Shown here one piece after another: positions 16,055-25,912 of a DNA stretch of 40,725 nt. This stretch comes from Candidatus Magasanikiibacteriota bacterium. GTDB taxonomy: Bacteria > Patescibacteriota > Patescibacteriia > Magasanikbacterales > 2-02-FULL-50-9b. The stretch lies in assembly GCA_943349075.1 (NCBI GenBank), contig CALQYY010000003.1, forward strand, positions 1-40,725, in the 5' to 3' direction. The notes under the pieces were generated by a model, which saw only the letters and a list, made by a program, of their open reading frames with translations, did not search any database and was not told the origin of the DNA. The number at the start of each line of letters is the position of its first letter. The stretch's first letter is position 1. Made by a program: the position numbers and the translations under genes.

Positions 16055-17962
16055 CTACTGGCAGACCGCGCATTCCTCGTTCGCCACATCCCTCTTCATC
16101 GTCTTCCCATCAATTCGCTCCGCCTCAATTGGCGCCGCGCTGCGCAAGTAATAGAGTGACTTCATACCAACCTGCCATGCAAGGAAATGAACATCGTTCA
16201 AATACTTACCGCTAATTGGTGTTGAGAAGAATACGTTGATCGATTGCGCCTGATCAATATATGGCTGACGATCCGCTGCCTGCTGCACAATTTCGCGCAT
16301 ATTCATTTCGTATGCAGTTCGGAACACCATCTTTTCTTCTTCGCTCAAGATATCGAGAAACTGCACACTTCCCTTTGCCGCGATAATTTCCTTCCACACT
16401 TCCGAATTGTTTGCGCCCTTTGTCTCGAGCAATTTCTCAAGTGATTTATTTTTCACCAAGAAACTTCCTGACAATGTTTTCTGCAAATATGCATTTCCTG
16501 AAATCGGCTCAACACATGGCGTTGCTTCGCCACAAATAAATGCGGTCGACGCAGTTGGCTGAATACTTGTCACGTAAGTGTTGCGACGTGTTCCCCCATC
16601 GAGCGGAAGTCCGCGCTCCTGGCCCAAACGCTCTGACGCTGCATGCGCTGCATCGCCAATCGTTTTAAACATCACCTTGTTTGTCGAGCGTGCGAGCACA
16701 CTTTCAAACGGAATCATTTTGCTCATCAAATATCCGTGATAACCCATCACACCGAGACCAATCGAGCGTTCATGCTTCACCGAATTAATTGCTTTTGTAT
16801 ATTCCTTTGTTGGCGCCATTTCGATGAACGCATCGAGATTGTTGTCCAAACATTTCACACACAAATAGGCAATCTCATTTACCTGCTCCTTCCACTCGTC
16901 CCAGCGTTCGAGATTCAAATTTCCGAGACAGCAAACTGCGGTGCGCTCTTCATTCGTCGGCAACACAATTTCCGTACACAAATTGCTCTGACGAACAAAA
17001 AGTCCCAAATCTTTGTGATGCTGTGGAACCGCGCGATTAACGGTGTCGATGTATACGATATATGGTTCACCTGTTTCTGCACGAAGTGTCAAAATCTTGC
17101 GCCAGATATCGAGCGCTGGAAGTGTTTTAGCAATCGTCTTGTAGTGCGGATCGATCAAATTAAAATCTGCCTGCGCCTCAACCGCTTTCATGAATTCATC
17201 CGTCACCACAACGCCGTGATTCAAATTCATGCACTTGCGATCTGGATCGCCGCCGGTTGGTTTGCGCATCTCCAAAAATTCTTCAATATCTGGATGATCA
17301 ACGCGCAAGTATGCCGCAGCAGCGCCACGACGAATTCCGTTGCGCGAAACTGCGATCGTTTCTGAGTCCATGATTTTCAAAAATGGAAGCACACCACTTG
17401 AGCGAAGTCCTGATGACTGAAGCGGCGCATTCTGTCCGCGAAGCTGTGACCAATCTGTTCCAATACCACCACCGTTTTTTGCAAGAAATGCATTCTCGCG
17501 ATAAATATCAAAAATACCTTCGAGTGTATCTGGAACGGTGTTGAGAAAACATGAGATCGGCAAACCCTTGCGCGTACCAATATTCATGAGCACCGGTGTT
17601 GCAGGAATAAACCACATCTTACTCATCACGTCGTAGATTTTCTGTGCGAGTTCGCGATCGCCGCGTGACATTCCTGTTGCAACTCGCGCGAGAAAAGTCT
17701 GAGGGTCTTCGCAGATTTCATTATTTGCGTCGCGCAAAAAATAACGATCACGCATATTTTCGAGGCCGAAATATGAGTGGAGCGCGTTATTTTCCGGGTG
17801 GAGCTGAATTGATTTCTGAACTTCAATATCAGCATTGTAGTGTGGACAATCCCAACTATTTTTGCCCGCGGTTTTGCTCAAAATTTCCTCGAGCAATAAA
17901 TCGCGGGCGCTTGCAAGATCGTTGTTTGAGAGCGCGTCAATGACGGATGAGTATAAGAGCAT
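16055..17962 (-). CDS. nrdA: class Ia ribonucleotide reductase alpha subunit (compact, no intact ATP cone visible)
   Basis: ATPVLMN, ISCFL, GGGIG, QSNLCTEI, CCLGNLN, QPTAS, KSLYYLR, C-terminal CAVC. Confidence 0.96.
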   Translation of the reverse strand: MLLYSSVIDALSNNDLASARDLLLEEILSKTAGKNSWDCPHYNADIEVQKSIQLHPENNALHSYFGLENMRDRYFLRDANNEICEDPQTFLARVATGMSRGDRELAQKIYDVMSKMWFIPATPVLMNIGTRKGLPISCFLNTVPDTLEGIFDIYRENAFLAKNGGGIGTDWSQLRGQNAPLQSSGLRSSGVLPFLKIMDSETIAVSRNGIRRGAAAAYLRVDHPDIEEFLEMRKPTGGDPDRKCMNLNHGVVVTDEFMKAVEAQADFNLIDPHYKTIAKTLPALDIWRKILTLRAETGEPYIVYIDTVNRAVPQHHKDLGLFVRQSNLCTEIVLPTNEERTAVCCLGNLNLERWDEWKEQVNEIAYLCVKCLDNNLDAFIEMAPTKEYTKAINSVKHERSIGLGVMGYHGYLMSKMIPFESVLARSTNKVMFKTIGDAAHAASERLGQERGLPLDGGTRRNTYVTSIQPTASTAFICGEATPCVEPISGNAYLQKTLSGSFLVKNKSLEKLLETKGANNSEVWKEIIAAKGSVQFLDILSEEEKMVFRTAYEMNMREIVQQAADRQPYIDQAQSINVFFSTPISGKYLNDVHFLAWQVGMKSLYYLRSAAPIEAERIDGKTMKRDVANEECAVCQ

Positions 17963-17995
17963 AGTATTTTTATAAATGAATGAGCCGCGATCGCT

Positions 17996-18958
17996 TTACC
18001 AATCTGACACAACTGTTCCCTTCGAATATTCTGTTGCACGATTTTCGAAGAAGTTTGCGTGTTCTTTTGCGTTCACCATAACATCGAGCCATGGGAGCGG
18101 ATTTTGCACGTGGTACATCATGTCCAAACCAAGTTCACCGAGTTTGCGATCCGCGGTATAGCGCACGTACTCCTTAACTTGCTGCGCGGTGAGCCCTGGA
18201 ACCGGACCCATCGAGAAACATGCATCAACGAACGCATCCTCGAGTGCGACCATGTCGCGACACGCGGTGTAAAGTTTTTCGCGGAACGCATCGGTCCAGA
18301 GCTGTTTGTTCTCCGAAATAAAATCTCGGAACAACTGACAGACGCCGCGACTATGCAGCGTTTCATCGCGAATACTCCATGTCACGATTTGACCAACGCC
18401 GCGAAGTTTTCCAAGGCGTGGAAAGTTCATCAAAATCGCAAACGACGCAAACAAACTCACGCCTTCCACAAATCCACCAAACACCGCGAGATTAATCGCG
18501 AGATTTTCTGGCGACTCTGTATCAAACGTCTGCAAATAATTATATTTGCCGCGCATTGATTCGTATTCGAGAAACGCTGAGTATTCCTGCTCTGGAAGTC
18601 CGAGCGAATCATTCAAATATGAGTATGCCCACACATGGACACTTTCCATTGCAGCAAACGACGAAAGCATCATCTTGATTTCTGGCTTTGGAAAACATGG
18701 AATGAGGCGCGTGTTGTAATTGTTGTTCACCTCAATATCGGCTTGCGTGAAAAAACGAAGAATCTGAATAATCAAATTCGCTTCTGGCGGCGTTAAGTTG
18801 AAACGATAATCAATAATATCGTTTTCCATTGGAACTTCCGTTGGAAGCCAATGCGCTTGGTTCTGTTTTTTGAAAAATTCAAAATACTCTGGGTACTCAA
18901 ATGGTCGATACACGTTGCGTGGGGTCAAAAGTGCGCACGAATTTTGGAGGGAGCTCAT
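17996..18958 (-). CDS. nrdB: class Ia ribonucleotide reductase beta subunit
   Basis: HWLPTEV, FFTQAD, ESVHVWAY (radical Tyr), VEGVSLF, RDETLH, NFFENRATEY. Confidence 0.96.
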   Translation of the reverse strand: MSSLQNSCALLTPRNVYRPFEYPEYFEFFKKQNQAHWLPTEVPMENDIIDYRFNLTPPEANLIIQILRFFTQADIEVNNNYNTRLIPCFPKPEIKMMLSSFAAMESVHVWAYSYLNDSLGLPEQEYSAFLEYESMRGKYNYLQTFDTESPENLAINLAVFGGFVEGVSLFASFAILMNFPRLGKLRGVGQIVTWSIRDETLHSRGVCQLFRDFISENKQLWTDAFREKLYTACRDMVALEDAFVDACFSMGPVPGLTAQQVKEYVRYTADRKLGELGLDMMYHVQNPLPWLDVMVNAKEHANFFENRATEYSKGTVVSDW

Positions 18959-19033
18959 ATCGGAGGGAAAATTACCTCATGGAGAGGGAGGCCATCAGTA
19001 TACCTTGTTTAAAATTTTTGGAAAGATACATAA

Positions 19034-19081
19034 ACACAACATCTTGTGTTGATAACTTATTCACAGCACAAGATGTTGCGT
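19034..19081. promoter_or_regulatory. tandem NrdR boxes with interleaved DnaA boxes
   Basis: ACACAACATCTTGTGT (19034-19049) and GCACAAGATGTTGCGT (19066-19081), starts 32 bp apart; TTATTCACA (19057-19065) and minus-strand TTATCAACA (19055-19047). Confidence 0.75.
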
Positions 19082-19166
19082 TTTGTAAAAAAAGTGGTAT
19101 AGCTTTTGATAGCCCCTACACCTTCTGAACCTTTTGTGATAAACTAGCCACAAAATCATTATTCCT

Positions 19167-20048
19167 ATGCATGTAGTTATTATCGGTGCCGGACGTATCG
19201 GACAGGCATTTAAACATTTGTGCGAGGCGCGCGCGGAATCTGTATCGCTTTTTGATGCAGACACAACCAAAGTTCCCGACCAGCGACCACTTGCGGAAAT
19301 AATTCCACCAGCGGATGTGATTTTTTTGTGCATCCAATCGTTCGCAATTCGCGAAGTTCTCGCAGAACTCAAACCGCTTTTAAAACGAGCGGCGCTTGTT
19401 GTCTCGCTCGCCAAAGGAATCGAGCGTAACACCTTTAAAACATTGGACATTGTTATTCCAGAATGCCTCGCACCCGAGCAGCCATGGGGTCTGATTATTG
19501 GCCCAATGCTTGCTGAGGAAATTTTACAAAACCAGGGTTCAGCAGGTGTATTCGCGGGATCAAACCCTGAAGAATGCACAATCCTCTCGTCACTTATTGA
19601 TCCACACAACCTCAGTCTCGAATGTTCGACTGATATACACGGCGTCGCGCTTGCAGGTGTTCTGAAAAACATCTACGCACTTTCGCTCGGCATTGCTGAT
19701 GGCATCGGCTGGGGCGCGAACCGCAAAGGCTGGCTCATCACCCGCGCGATTCGCGAGATGCGCGACATTATCGAAATTCTCGGCGGCGATCCAAATACCG
19801 CTGACGGCCCTGCAGGACTCGGCGATCTAATCGCAACCGGCTCAAGCCCACACTCACGCAATCGCGCAACAGGCGAGCAGATCGTAACAACCGGACAAAT
19901 GAATCCGCTCAGCGAGGGTTACATTTCCCTATCGTCTTTGAAACACCTTCTCGGTGAGCGCACATCTGAATTTAAAATTCTCTCAACCTTAATCGAAATC
20001 ATTGAACACAAACAGGATGCAAGAACAGTCTACAAACAACTCGTATGA
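19167..20048 (+). CDS. gpsA: NAD(P)H-dependent glycerol-3-phosphate dehydrogenase
   Basis: IIGAGRIG, SLAKGIE, GPMLAEE, GVLKNIYA, GLGDLIATG, SRNR. Confidence 0.92.
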   Translation: MHVVIIGAGRIGQAFKHLCEARAESVSLFDADTTKVPDQRPLAEIIPPADVIFLCIQSFAIREVLAELKPLLKRAALVVSLAKGIERNTFKTLDIVIPECLAPEQPWGLIIGPMLAEEILQNQGSAGVFAGSNPEECTILSSLIDPHNLSLECSTDIHGVALAGVLKNIYALSLGIADGIGWGANRKGWLITRAIREMRDIIEILGGDPNTADGPAGLGDLIATGSSPHSRNRATGEQIVTTGQMNPLSEGYISLSSLKHLLGERTSEFKILSTLIEIIEHKQDARTVYKQLV

Positions 20049-21073
20049 AGATTCTTGCGATAGAAACATCGTGCGATGATACCGCCATAGCTGTAATGCA
20101 GGCTCGTGGCACCAGCATCAAAACGCTCGCCCAAGTTACTGCATCACAAATCCCAATCCACCGCCGCTACGGAGGTGTTGTTCCTGAAGTTGCAGCGCGC
20201 GCGCATGCAGAAACAATCATTCCAACCATCAAAGAGGTGTTTGCGCAACTCGGCCTCGACCCTGACCGCGCAATGAAAAAACCACCGATCGATGCAATCG
20301 CTGTTACGAGCGGGCCAGGCCTTGTTACCAGTTTATGGGTCGGTGTCACAACCGCAAAACTTCTCGCGCGCGAATGGGACGTGCCAGTTTTTGGCGTCAA
20401 TCATATGGTTGGCCACATCTACTCCTCGCTCGTCAACCAAAAACTTCCAGAGTTTCCAATGCTCGCACTCATTGTTTCTGGCGGCCACACCGAAATTGTA
20501 TGGATGAAAAATCCAACATCGTGGAAAAAAATTGGATCAACGCGCGACGATGCAGCCGGCGAAGCGTTCGATAAATTTGGAAAAGTTCTCGGGTTTTCAT
20601 ATCCAGGTGGCCCTGAAATTTCAAGGCGCGCAGAAAAAGGAAACGCAACCGCGATCCAGTTCCCTCGCCCCATGATTAACGACGGCACATACGACTTTAG
20701 TTTTTCGGGACTCAAAACATCAGGGCGCATGTGGGCCGAAGCGCAAAAAAAGTTAACACCAAAATTAATTGCCGACGGATGCGCTTCGTATCAAGCAGCG
20801 ATTGTTGATGTGATCATCACAAAAACCGTTCGCGCAATTGAGCAGTACAAACCAAAAACCGTTGTGCTTGGCGGCGGTGTTTCGGCAAACGACGCACTTC
20901 GAAACGGATTACTCGCTCGCACAAAACACATCAAAGGTGTTAAAATTCATATACCGGAAAAACAGTACACAACTGACAACGCCGCGATGATCGGCGCTGC
21001 CGCATACTTCACAAAAAATAAATTTAAATCATCGTGGCGCTCGCTTGCAGCGAACCCTGCGTTTGAAATATAA
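20045..21073 (+). CDS. tsaD: tRNA N6-adenosine threonylcarbamoyltransferase
   Basis: ILAIETSCDDT, YGGVVPEVAARAH, VNHMVGH, VSGGHT, TRDDAAGEAFDK, DNAAMI. Confidence 0.98.
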   Translation: MKILAIETSCDDTAIAVMQARGTSIKTLAQVTASQIPIHRRYGGVVPEVAARAHAETIIPTIKEVFAQLGLDPDRAMKKPPIDAIAVTSGPGLVTSLWVGVTTAKLLAREWDVPVFGVNHMVGHIYSSLVNQKLPEFPMLALIVSGGHTEIVWMKNPTSWKKIGSTRDDAAGEAFDKFGKVLGFSYPGGPEISRRAEKGNATAIQFPRPMINDGTYDFSFSGLKTSGRMWAEAQKKLTPKLIADGCASYQAAIVDVIITKTVRAIEQYKPKTVVLGGGVSANDALRNGLLARTKHIKGVKIHIPEKQYTTDNAAMIGAAAYFTKNKFKSSWRSLAANPAFEI

Positions 21074-21078
21074 ACTAT

Positions 21079-21909
21079 ATGGTAGAGCTTTCAAAAATCG
21101 ACGACAATTTCACAGATGCGTGGATGAAGTACGAGTCAAAGGCGGGTTATTATGCGTTATTTATACTTGTGACCGGCCTTATTTTGTTTGGTTTAGTTTT
21201 ATTGCTTATTGGGCTCTTTGGTGCAGCATCATACCCCGCACTCACTTACTTTTATGATTATTTTAGCCGCACAGGCGGTGAAATATCTGGTGATCTAAAT
21301 ATATTTTATATTGTTTGGATTGCATGTGCATTCGGACTGTTCATTGTAGCCAGCAATATTCTTGGGGCGTGGCAAACAGCTGCACTATGGATCGCATACT
21401 CAACACCAGAAAAATTAAAATTTTCTCAAATTTTTAAACAAGCAATTCCACTTACACCACGATACTTCGGACTTGGGCTATTAAAAGGTTTAATTATTTT
21501 TGCTGGCTATACGCTTTTCATTGTCCCTGGAATTTTGTTCAGTGGATGGTTTGCATTCAGCGAAATTGCTGCACAAAAAAAATCTATTATCGAATCTCTC
21601 AAATATAGCCGCTCACTTGTTACCAACCGTTGGTGGTCCATCGTACTCCGCTTAGTTCTCGGCTTAATTATTGCGATGGTAATTCCGCAAATAGTTCAGT
21701 CAGTGGTAATGAGCCTCTTCACAGCAGAAAACAGCGCATTCGACCTAATAACGCTAATTGGAATTCTTATGGCGGTTTCAATTTCTATTTTCCAAGCATT
21801 CTTTTTAGCGCAGTGGTACGGCATCTTCAAGTACGCAATCTATCTTGATGCACAAAAATCATTGGGAGCTACTCCGTCTGAATTGCCTGTTGCCCCACAA
21901 GCAATGTAA
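21079..21909 (+). CDS. multi-pass membrane protein (DUF975/GPDPase-membrane-like)
   Basis: About 6 TM segments; LFIVPGI and ESLKYSRSLVTNRWW motifs. Confidence 0.75.
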   Translation: MVELSKIDDNFTDAWMKYESKAGYYALFILVTGLILFGLVLLLIGLFGAASYPALTYFYDYFSRTGGEISGDLNIFYIVWIACAFGLFIVASNILGAWQTAALWIAYSTPEKLKFSQIFKQAIPLTPRYFGLGLLKGLIIFAGYTLFIVPGILFSGWFAFSEIAAQKKSIIESLKYSRSLVTNRWWSIVLRLVLGLIIAMVIPQIVQSVVMSLFTAENSAFDLITLIGILMAVSISIFQAFFLAQWYGIFKYAIYLDAQKSLGATPSELPVAPQAM

Positions 21910-24900
21910 TTCGCTGCTGAAAATCAGCGCTCCAATCAACTGCGAAATCGGTCTCAATTATTCTTTTTTGACCATCGGCGGTTGTAATGGCGAGAAAAAT
22001 CTTCATGTCGCCACGACTTCCTGCGAGAAGGTTTTTTAACTTCTCTTTATTTTCTGTCGTCATCGATGGCTCAATTTCAATCGTCGTTGATCTGATAATT
22101 GTCATCGGCTCAGGTGATGACGAAGCATTCGATGATTGCTCTGCGGGAGCACCGTATCCCCCGCCCGGATTATTCGGATCGCGCTTCACAAATCTTTTTT
22201 TGTTTTTTGCCAAACCAAACATTTCAATAATTTTCGTCTTCATCTCACCCACATTTTCTGGCGTCAAAATTTCCGCATGCTCGACAAAAATCTTATTGTC
22301 TCCCTGCTCGCTCGAACGTCGTCCGATAATTGCAGCAACCGTTCCAACAACCCAAACCGCTTCTGTTTTTTCAAATGATTTTGGAAAAATCATAATTTCA
22401 GCAGTTCCCGACAAATCCTCAACTTTTGCATTCATCATCGCATCATGATTTTTTGTCCACTTCTTTTTCGCCTCTGCAACAATACAAACAAGAAGAATCA
22501 TTCCGCCCGCAGGCTCCGCTTCGATATTCACAATTTCCGTATAATTGTTCGAGAAAATAACTGCGTAATCTGCACACGGATGCGACGAAATATACAAACC
22601 AATCAGCTCTTTTTCCCATTTTAGTTTTTCAGGAAGATCAGCGTCTGGCGCTGGTTGCAATTTAAGCGTTGCAGCGGGAGCGCCCATGAGCCCGAGCAGC
22701 GACCCTTGATTACTGTCGCTCGCAGTTAAATGTTCACGCGCAAAAACAAGCATGCGCTCAACGTTCGCGAGGAGCATTCCACGATCACCCCAATCATCCA
22801 TCGCACCACATTTGATCAAACTCTCAATTGATTTTTTATTCAAATCTTTGTCGCGAACGCGTTCAAGAAAATTCGCGAGCGACTCAAATGGCCCGCGCGC
22901 TTTTCGCTCGGCGATGATAACTTCGGTAATGTGCGCGCCAACGTTTTTAATTGCCGACAAACCAAACCGAATATCCTCACGCCCTGTCGGTCCTTTAATC
23001 ACGGCAAACTTCTCAAAACTTTCATTCACATGTGGTGGTAAAACCTTAATCCCCATGCGCTCACACTCGTGCGTAACTTCGGCCATCTTTTCGATATCAT
23101 CACTTTCAGCCGAAAGCACCGACGTCATGTATGCCGCAGGATAATTCGCTTTCAAGTATGCAGTATTATAAGCAACCACCGCGTATGACGCCGCATGAGC
23201 TTTATTAAAACCGTACGCCGCAAACGGCTCAATCAAATGCCAAAGCACCTCAACTTTTTCCTGCGACATGCCGCGCTCAACCGCACCGGTAAAAAACTTT
23301 TCTTTTTGACGTGCCATTTCCTCTGGAATTTTCTTACCCATCGCCTTACGAAACTTATCCGCCTCTTCCCAGTTATAGCCCGCAATCTTAATCGCAGTCA
23401 GCAAAACGTCATCTTGATACGTCAAAATACCGAGCGATTGATCAAGAACATCTTTCAAGCGTTCATCAATATAGGTAACGAGCGACGGATTATGTTTTCG
23501 GCGAATGTACTCCGGAATCGAATCCATCGGACCCGGACGAAAAAGCGCCACCATCGCCATAATATCGAAGATGGTCGTTGGTCGAAGTTCCTTCACATAG
23601 CGCGTCATTCCCGCACCCGCAAGCTGAAACACACCAACTGTTTCACCGCGCGCCAGCATGGCATAAGTTTTCTTGTCGTCCCATGGAATTTTTTGCAGAT
23701 CAATATGCGCTCCATACAACTCGCCAATGAGCTTCACCGCATTTCCCAAAATTGATAAGTTACGAATTCCAAGAAAATCCATTTTCAAAACACCTGCTTT
23801 TTCAACTGCGTGCATTTCGTATTGCGTTGTCAAAAGTGTTCCACCAATTTCGTACTGAACCGGAGAAAATTCTGTAAGCGGTTCTGGCGAAATAACCACA
23901 CCCGCTGCGTGAATTGATGTGTGACGTGCATTTCCCTCAATCTTGCGCGCAATGTTTAAAAGTCGCTGAACATCTGGCTGCTCATCAAAAACTTTTTTCA
24001 AATCAGGAGATTCTTCAAGTGCCTTATTGATGGTCATCGGAGCTCCTTGCGCACCAAATGGAATTAATTTTGCAACGCGATCGCAAAAGCCATACGAAAA
24101 TCCGAGCGCACGACCCGCATCACGCACACTCGCGCGCGCAGCCATTGTTCCAAATGTAATGATTTGCGCCACACGCTCTTTTCCGTATTTTTTCGTCACG
24201 TACGCAATCACTTCTTCACGACGATCATCGGCAAAATCGCCGTCAACATCGGGAGGACTTGGACGAAACGGATTCAAAAAACGCTCAAACGGCAATTTAA
24301 AATACATCGGATTCACCGAAACGATTCCAATCGAATACGAAACAAGCGAGCCCGCAGCAGATCCACGAGTCGTTGTCACGATTCCATTTGCGCGCGCCCA
24401 CAAAATATAATCTGCCACAGCCAAAAAGTATGGCGCATACCCTTTTGTTTTGATAATCCCAAGTTCATATTCGATGCGCTCGCGGTTAACCTCGGAAACT
24501 TCGCCGAGCAACTTCTGAAGACCTTCAAACGCGTGCTCGCGAAGCACATCGTCATACGTTTTGTCATCCGGTTTTTCAATCGGAGGAAAGTGCCACACAT
24601 CAAGCTTGATTTCAATATTTACACGATCCGCAATTTTCACCGTATTCTCAAGCGCTTCCGGCAAGTGGCGCCAACGCGACTGAATCTGCTCAACTGTCGA
24701 CATCGAACGATCAATATCAACGAGTGACGCATTTCGGTGATCATGAACCGTTTTTCCAGCACCGATACATTCCGAAATTTCACACGCTTCCGCATCATCC
24801 GGAACAAGATAGTGAACATCGCGTGTCACCACGAGCGGTATTCCAGTTAATTTTCCAATTTCCTGCAACCCTTCATTAATCAAAAACTGACCGTCCAAAT

Positions 24901-25432
24901 CCGGATGATCTTGGAGTTCCAAATAAAAATTTTCGGCGCCGAGCATTTCTCGAAACTCCTCTGCAACTTTTTGCGCCTTTACTTTGTCGCCACTCAAAAT
25001 CAACTGTGAAATTTCACCCTGTTTGCAACCCGACAAAACAATAAGCCCCGCTCCAAGCTCGCGCAGCAATGTTTTATCAGCGCGCGGGAGTCCTTCATAA
25101 AAACCCTCGAGAGCTGCGCGCGAGACCAGTTTCATCAAATTTTTGTAGCCTTCGTAATGCTCTGCAATTACCGTTAGGTGGTATGGTTTTGGTTGATCGA
25201 ACGATTGATCCGCGCGATCTGGAACCATGTACAACTCACAACCAATAATCGGCTTAATCCCCGCCTTCAAACATTTTTCATAAAATTCAATCGCCCCATA
25301 GAGTGCGCCATTGTCGGTGAGCGCAACCGCGGTCATCCCTTGACGCTTCACCTCAGCGATAAGATCGCTAATTTGAGGCACTGCCTTAAGTAACGAATAG
25401 TGGGTATGGCAGTGGAGGTGAACAAAAGACAT
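21869..25432 (-). CDS. dnaE: DNA polymerase III alpha subunit
   Basis: FVHLHCHTHYSLL PHP domain, RGSAAGS, PDVDGDF, HAAGVVI, KMDFLG, YGFNKAH, OB fold. Confidence 0.98.
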   Translation of the reverse strand: MSFVHLHCHTHYSLLKAVPQISDLIAEVKRQGMTAVALTDNGALYGAIEFYEKCLKAGIKPIIGCELYMVPDRADQSFDQPKPYHLTVIAEHYEGYKNLMKLVSRAALEGFYEGLPRADKTLLRELGAGLIVLSGCKQGEISQLILSGDKVKAQKVAEEFREMLGAENFYLELQDHPDLDGQFLINEGLQEIGKLTGIPLVVTRDVHYLVPDDAEACEISECIGAGKTVHDHRNASLVDIDRSMSTVEQIQSRWRHLPEALENTVKIADRVNIEIKLDVWHFPPIEKPDDKTYDDVLREHAFEGLQKLLGEVSEVNRERIEYELGIIKTKGYAPYFLAVADYILWARANGIVTTTRGSAAGSLVSYSIGIVSVNPMYFKLPFERFLNPFRPSPPDVDGDFADDRREEVIAYVTKKYGKERVAQIITFGTMAARASVRDAGRALGFSYGFCDRVAKLIPFGAQGAPMTINKALEESPDLKKVFDEQPDVQRLLNIARKIEGNARHTSIHAAGVVISPEPLTEFSPVQYEIGGTLLTTQYEMHAVEKAGVLKMDFLGIRNLSILGNAVKLIGELYGAHIDLQKIPWDDKKTYAMLARGETVGVFQLAGAGMTRYVKELRPTTIFDIMAMVALFRPGPMDSIPEYIRRKHNPSLVTYIDERLKDVLDQSLGILTYQDDVLLTAIKIAGYNWEEADKFRKAMGKKIPEEMARQKEKFFTGAVERGMSQEKVEVLWHLIEPFAAYGFNKAHAASYAVVAYNTAYLKANYPAAYMTSVLSAESDDIEKMAEVTHECERMGIKVLPPHVNESFEKFAVIKGPTGREDIRFGLSAIKNVGAHITEVIIAERKARGPFESLANFLERVRDKDLNKKSIESLIKCGAMDDWGDRGMLLANVERMLVFAREHLTASDSNQGSLLGLMGAPAATLKLQPAPDADLPEKLKWEKELIGLYISSHPCADYAVIFSNNYTEIVNIEAEPAGGMILLVCIVAEAKKKWTKNHDAMMNAKVEDLSGTAEIMIFPKSFEKTEAVWVVGTVAAIIGRRSSEQGDNKIFVEHAEILTPENVGEMKTKIIEMFGLAKNKKRFVKRDPNNPGGGYGAPAEQSSNASSSPEPMTIIRSTTIEIEPSMTTENKEKLKNLLAGSRGDMKIFLAITTADGQKRIIETDFAVDWSADFQQRITLLVGQQAIQTE

Positions 25433-25437
25433 ATTTC

Positions 25438-25467
25438 AAAAGTACTTGGGATTTTACTCCCAAGTAC
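25438..25467 (-). terminator. terminator-like hairpin just upstream of the dnaE start
   Basis: Minus strand GTACTTGGGA-GTAAAA-TCCCAAGTAC-TTTT. Confidence 0.6.
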
Positions 25468-25500
25468 CTAACTTTTCAAGTGAAAAGAATGGATGCTCAA

Positions 25501-25854
25501 TTAGCGTGACAAATGCTTGATTGCTTTAGTTGCTTTCTTTTTTGCAACGCGGAGACCTTCTTTGCCTGCTGATTCAATTTCATCGCCGAGTGGACCCATC
25601 ACTTTTCCTGTCATCATCTTGAGGCCATCCATGACGAAACCGACACCAGCTCCAACGAGCTCCAACTTATCGCGGATATATCCAACCGATTCGTTAAGCT
25701 CGTGTAGACGTTCCTGAACTTCAGAAACGATCTGGTTTGCGTGTCGTAAAATTTGTGTTGCGTAGTAGAGCAGCCATGAGATGAATAATGCCACCCACAA
25801 AACTGAGAACGCAATTACTATGTTTAAAATGTCTTTGCTGTCGTTAATGAACAT
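25501..25854 (-). CDS. hypothetical single-TM coiled-coil protein (DUF948-like)
   Basis: N-terminal TM followed by heptad helix; TATAAT upstream. Confidence 0.75.
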   Translation of the reverse strand: MFINDSKDILNIVIAFSVLWVALFISWLLYYATQILRHANQIVSEVQERLHELNESVGYIRDKLELVGAGVGFVMDGLKMMTGKVMGPLGDEIESAGKEGLRVAKKKATKAIKHLSR

Positions 25855-25912
25855 ATTAATGAGCTAGAGAACTATGCAAGAATTATAGCACGAAAGTTAT
25901 CAACAACAAAAC

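Noticed and set aside
13415-16159. Long alternative-frame ORFs (for example 14259..15233 -, 13415..14137 +, 15518..16159 +)
   Set aside because: Shadow ORFs expected in GC-rich repetitive coding DNA; no recognisable motifs or initiation signals.
21869-21909. 41-nt convergent overlap of dnaE and the membrane protein gene
   Set aside because: Short tail-to-tail overlaps are common in compact genomes; no sign of special function.
16055-25432. Inteins or introns in nrdA, nrdB or dnaE
   Set aside because: ORFs are continuous, of normal or short length, with no splicing or homing-endonuclease motifs.
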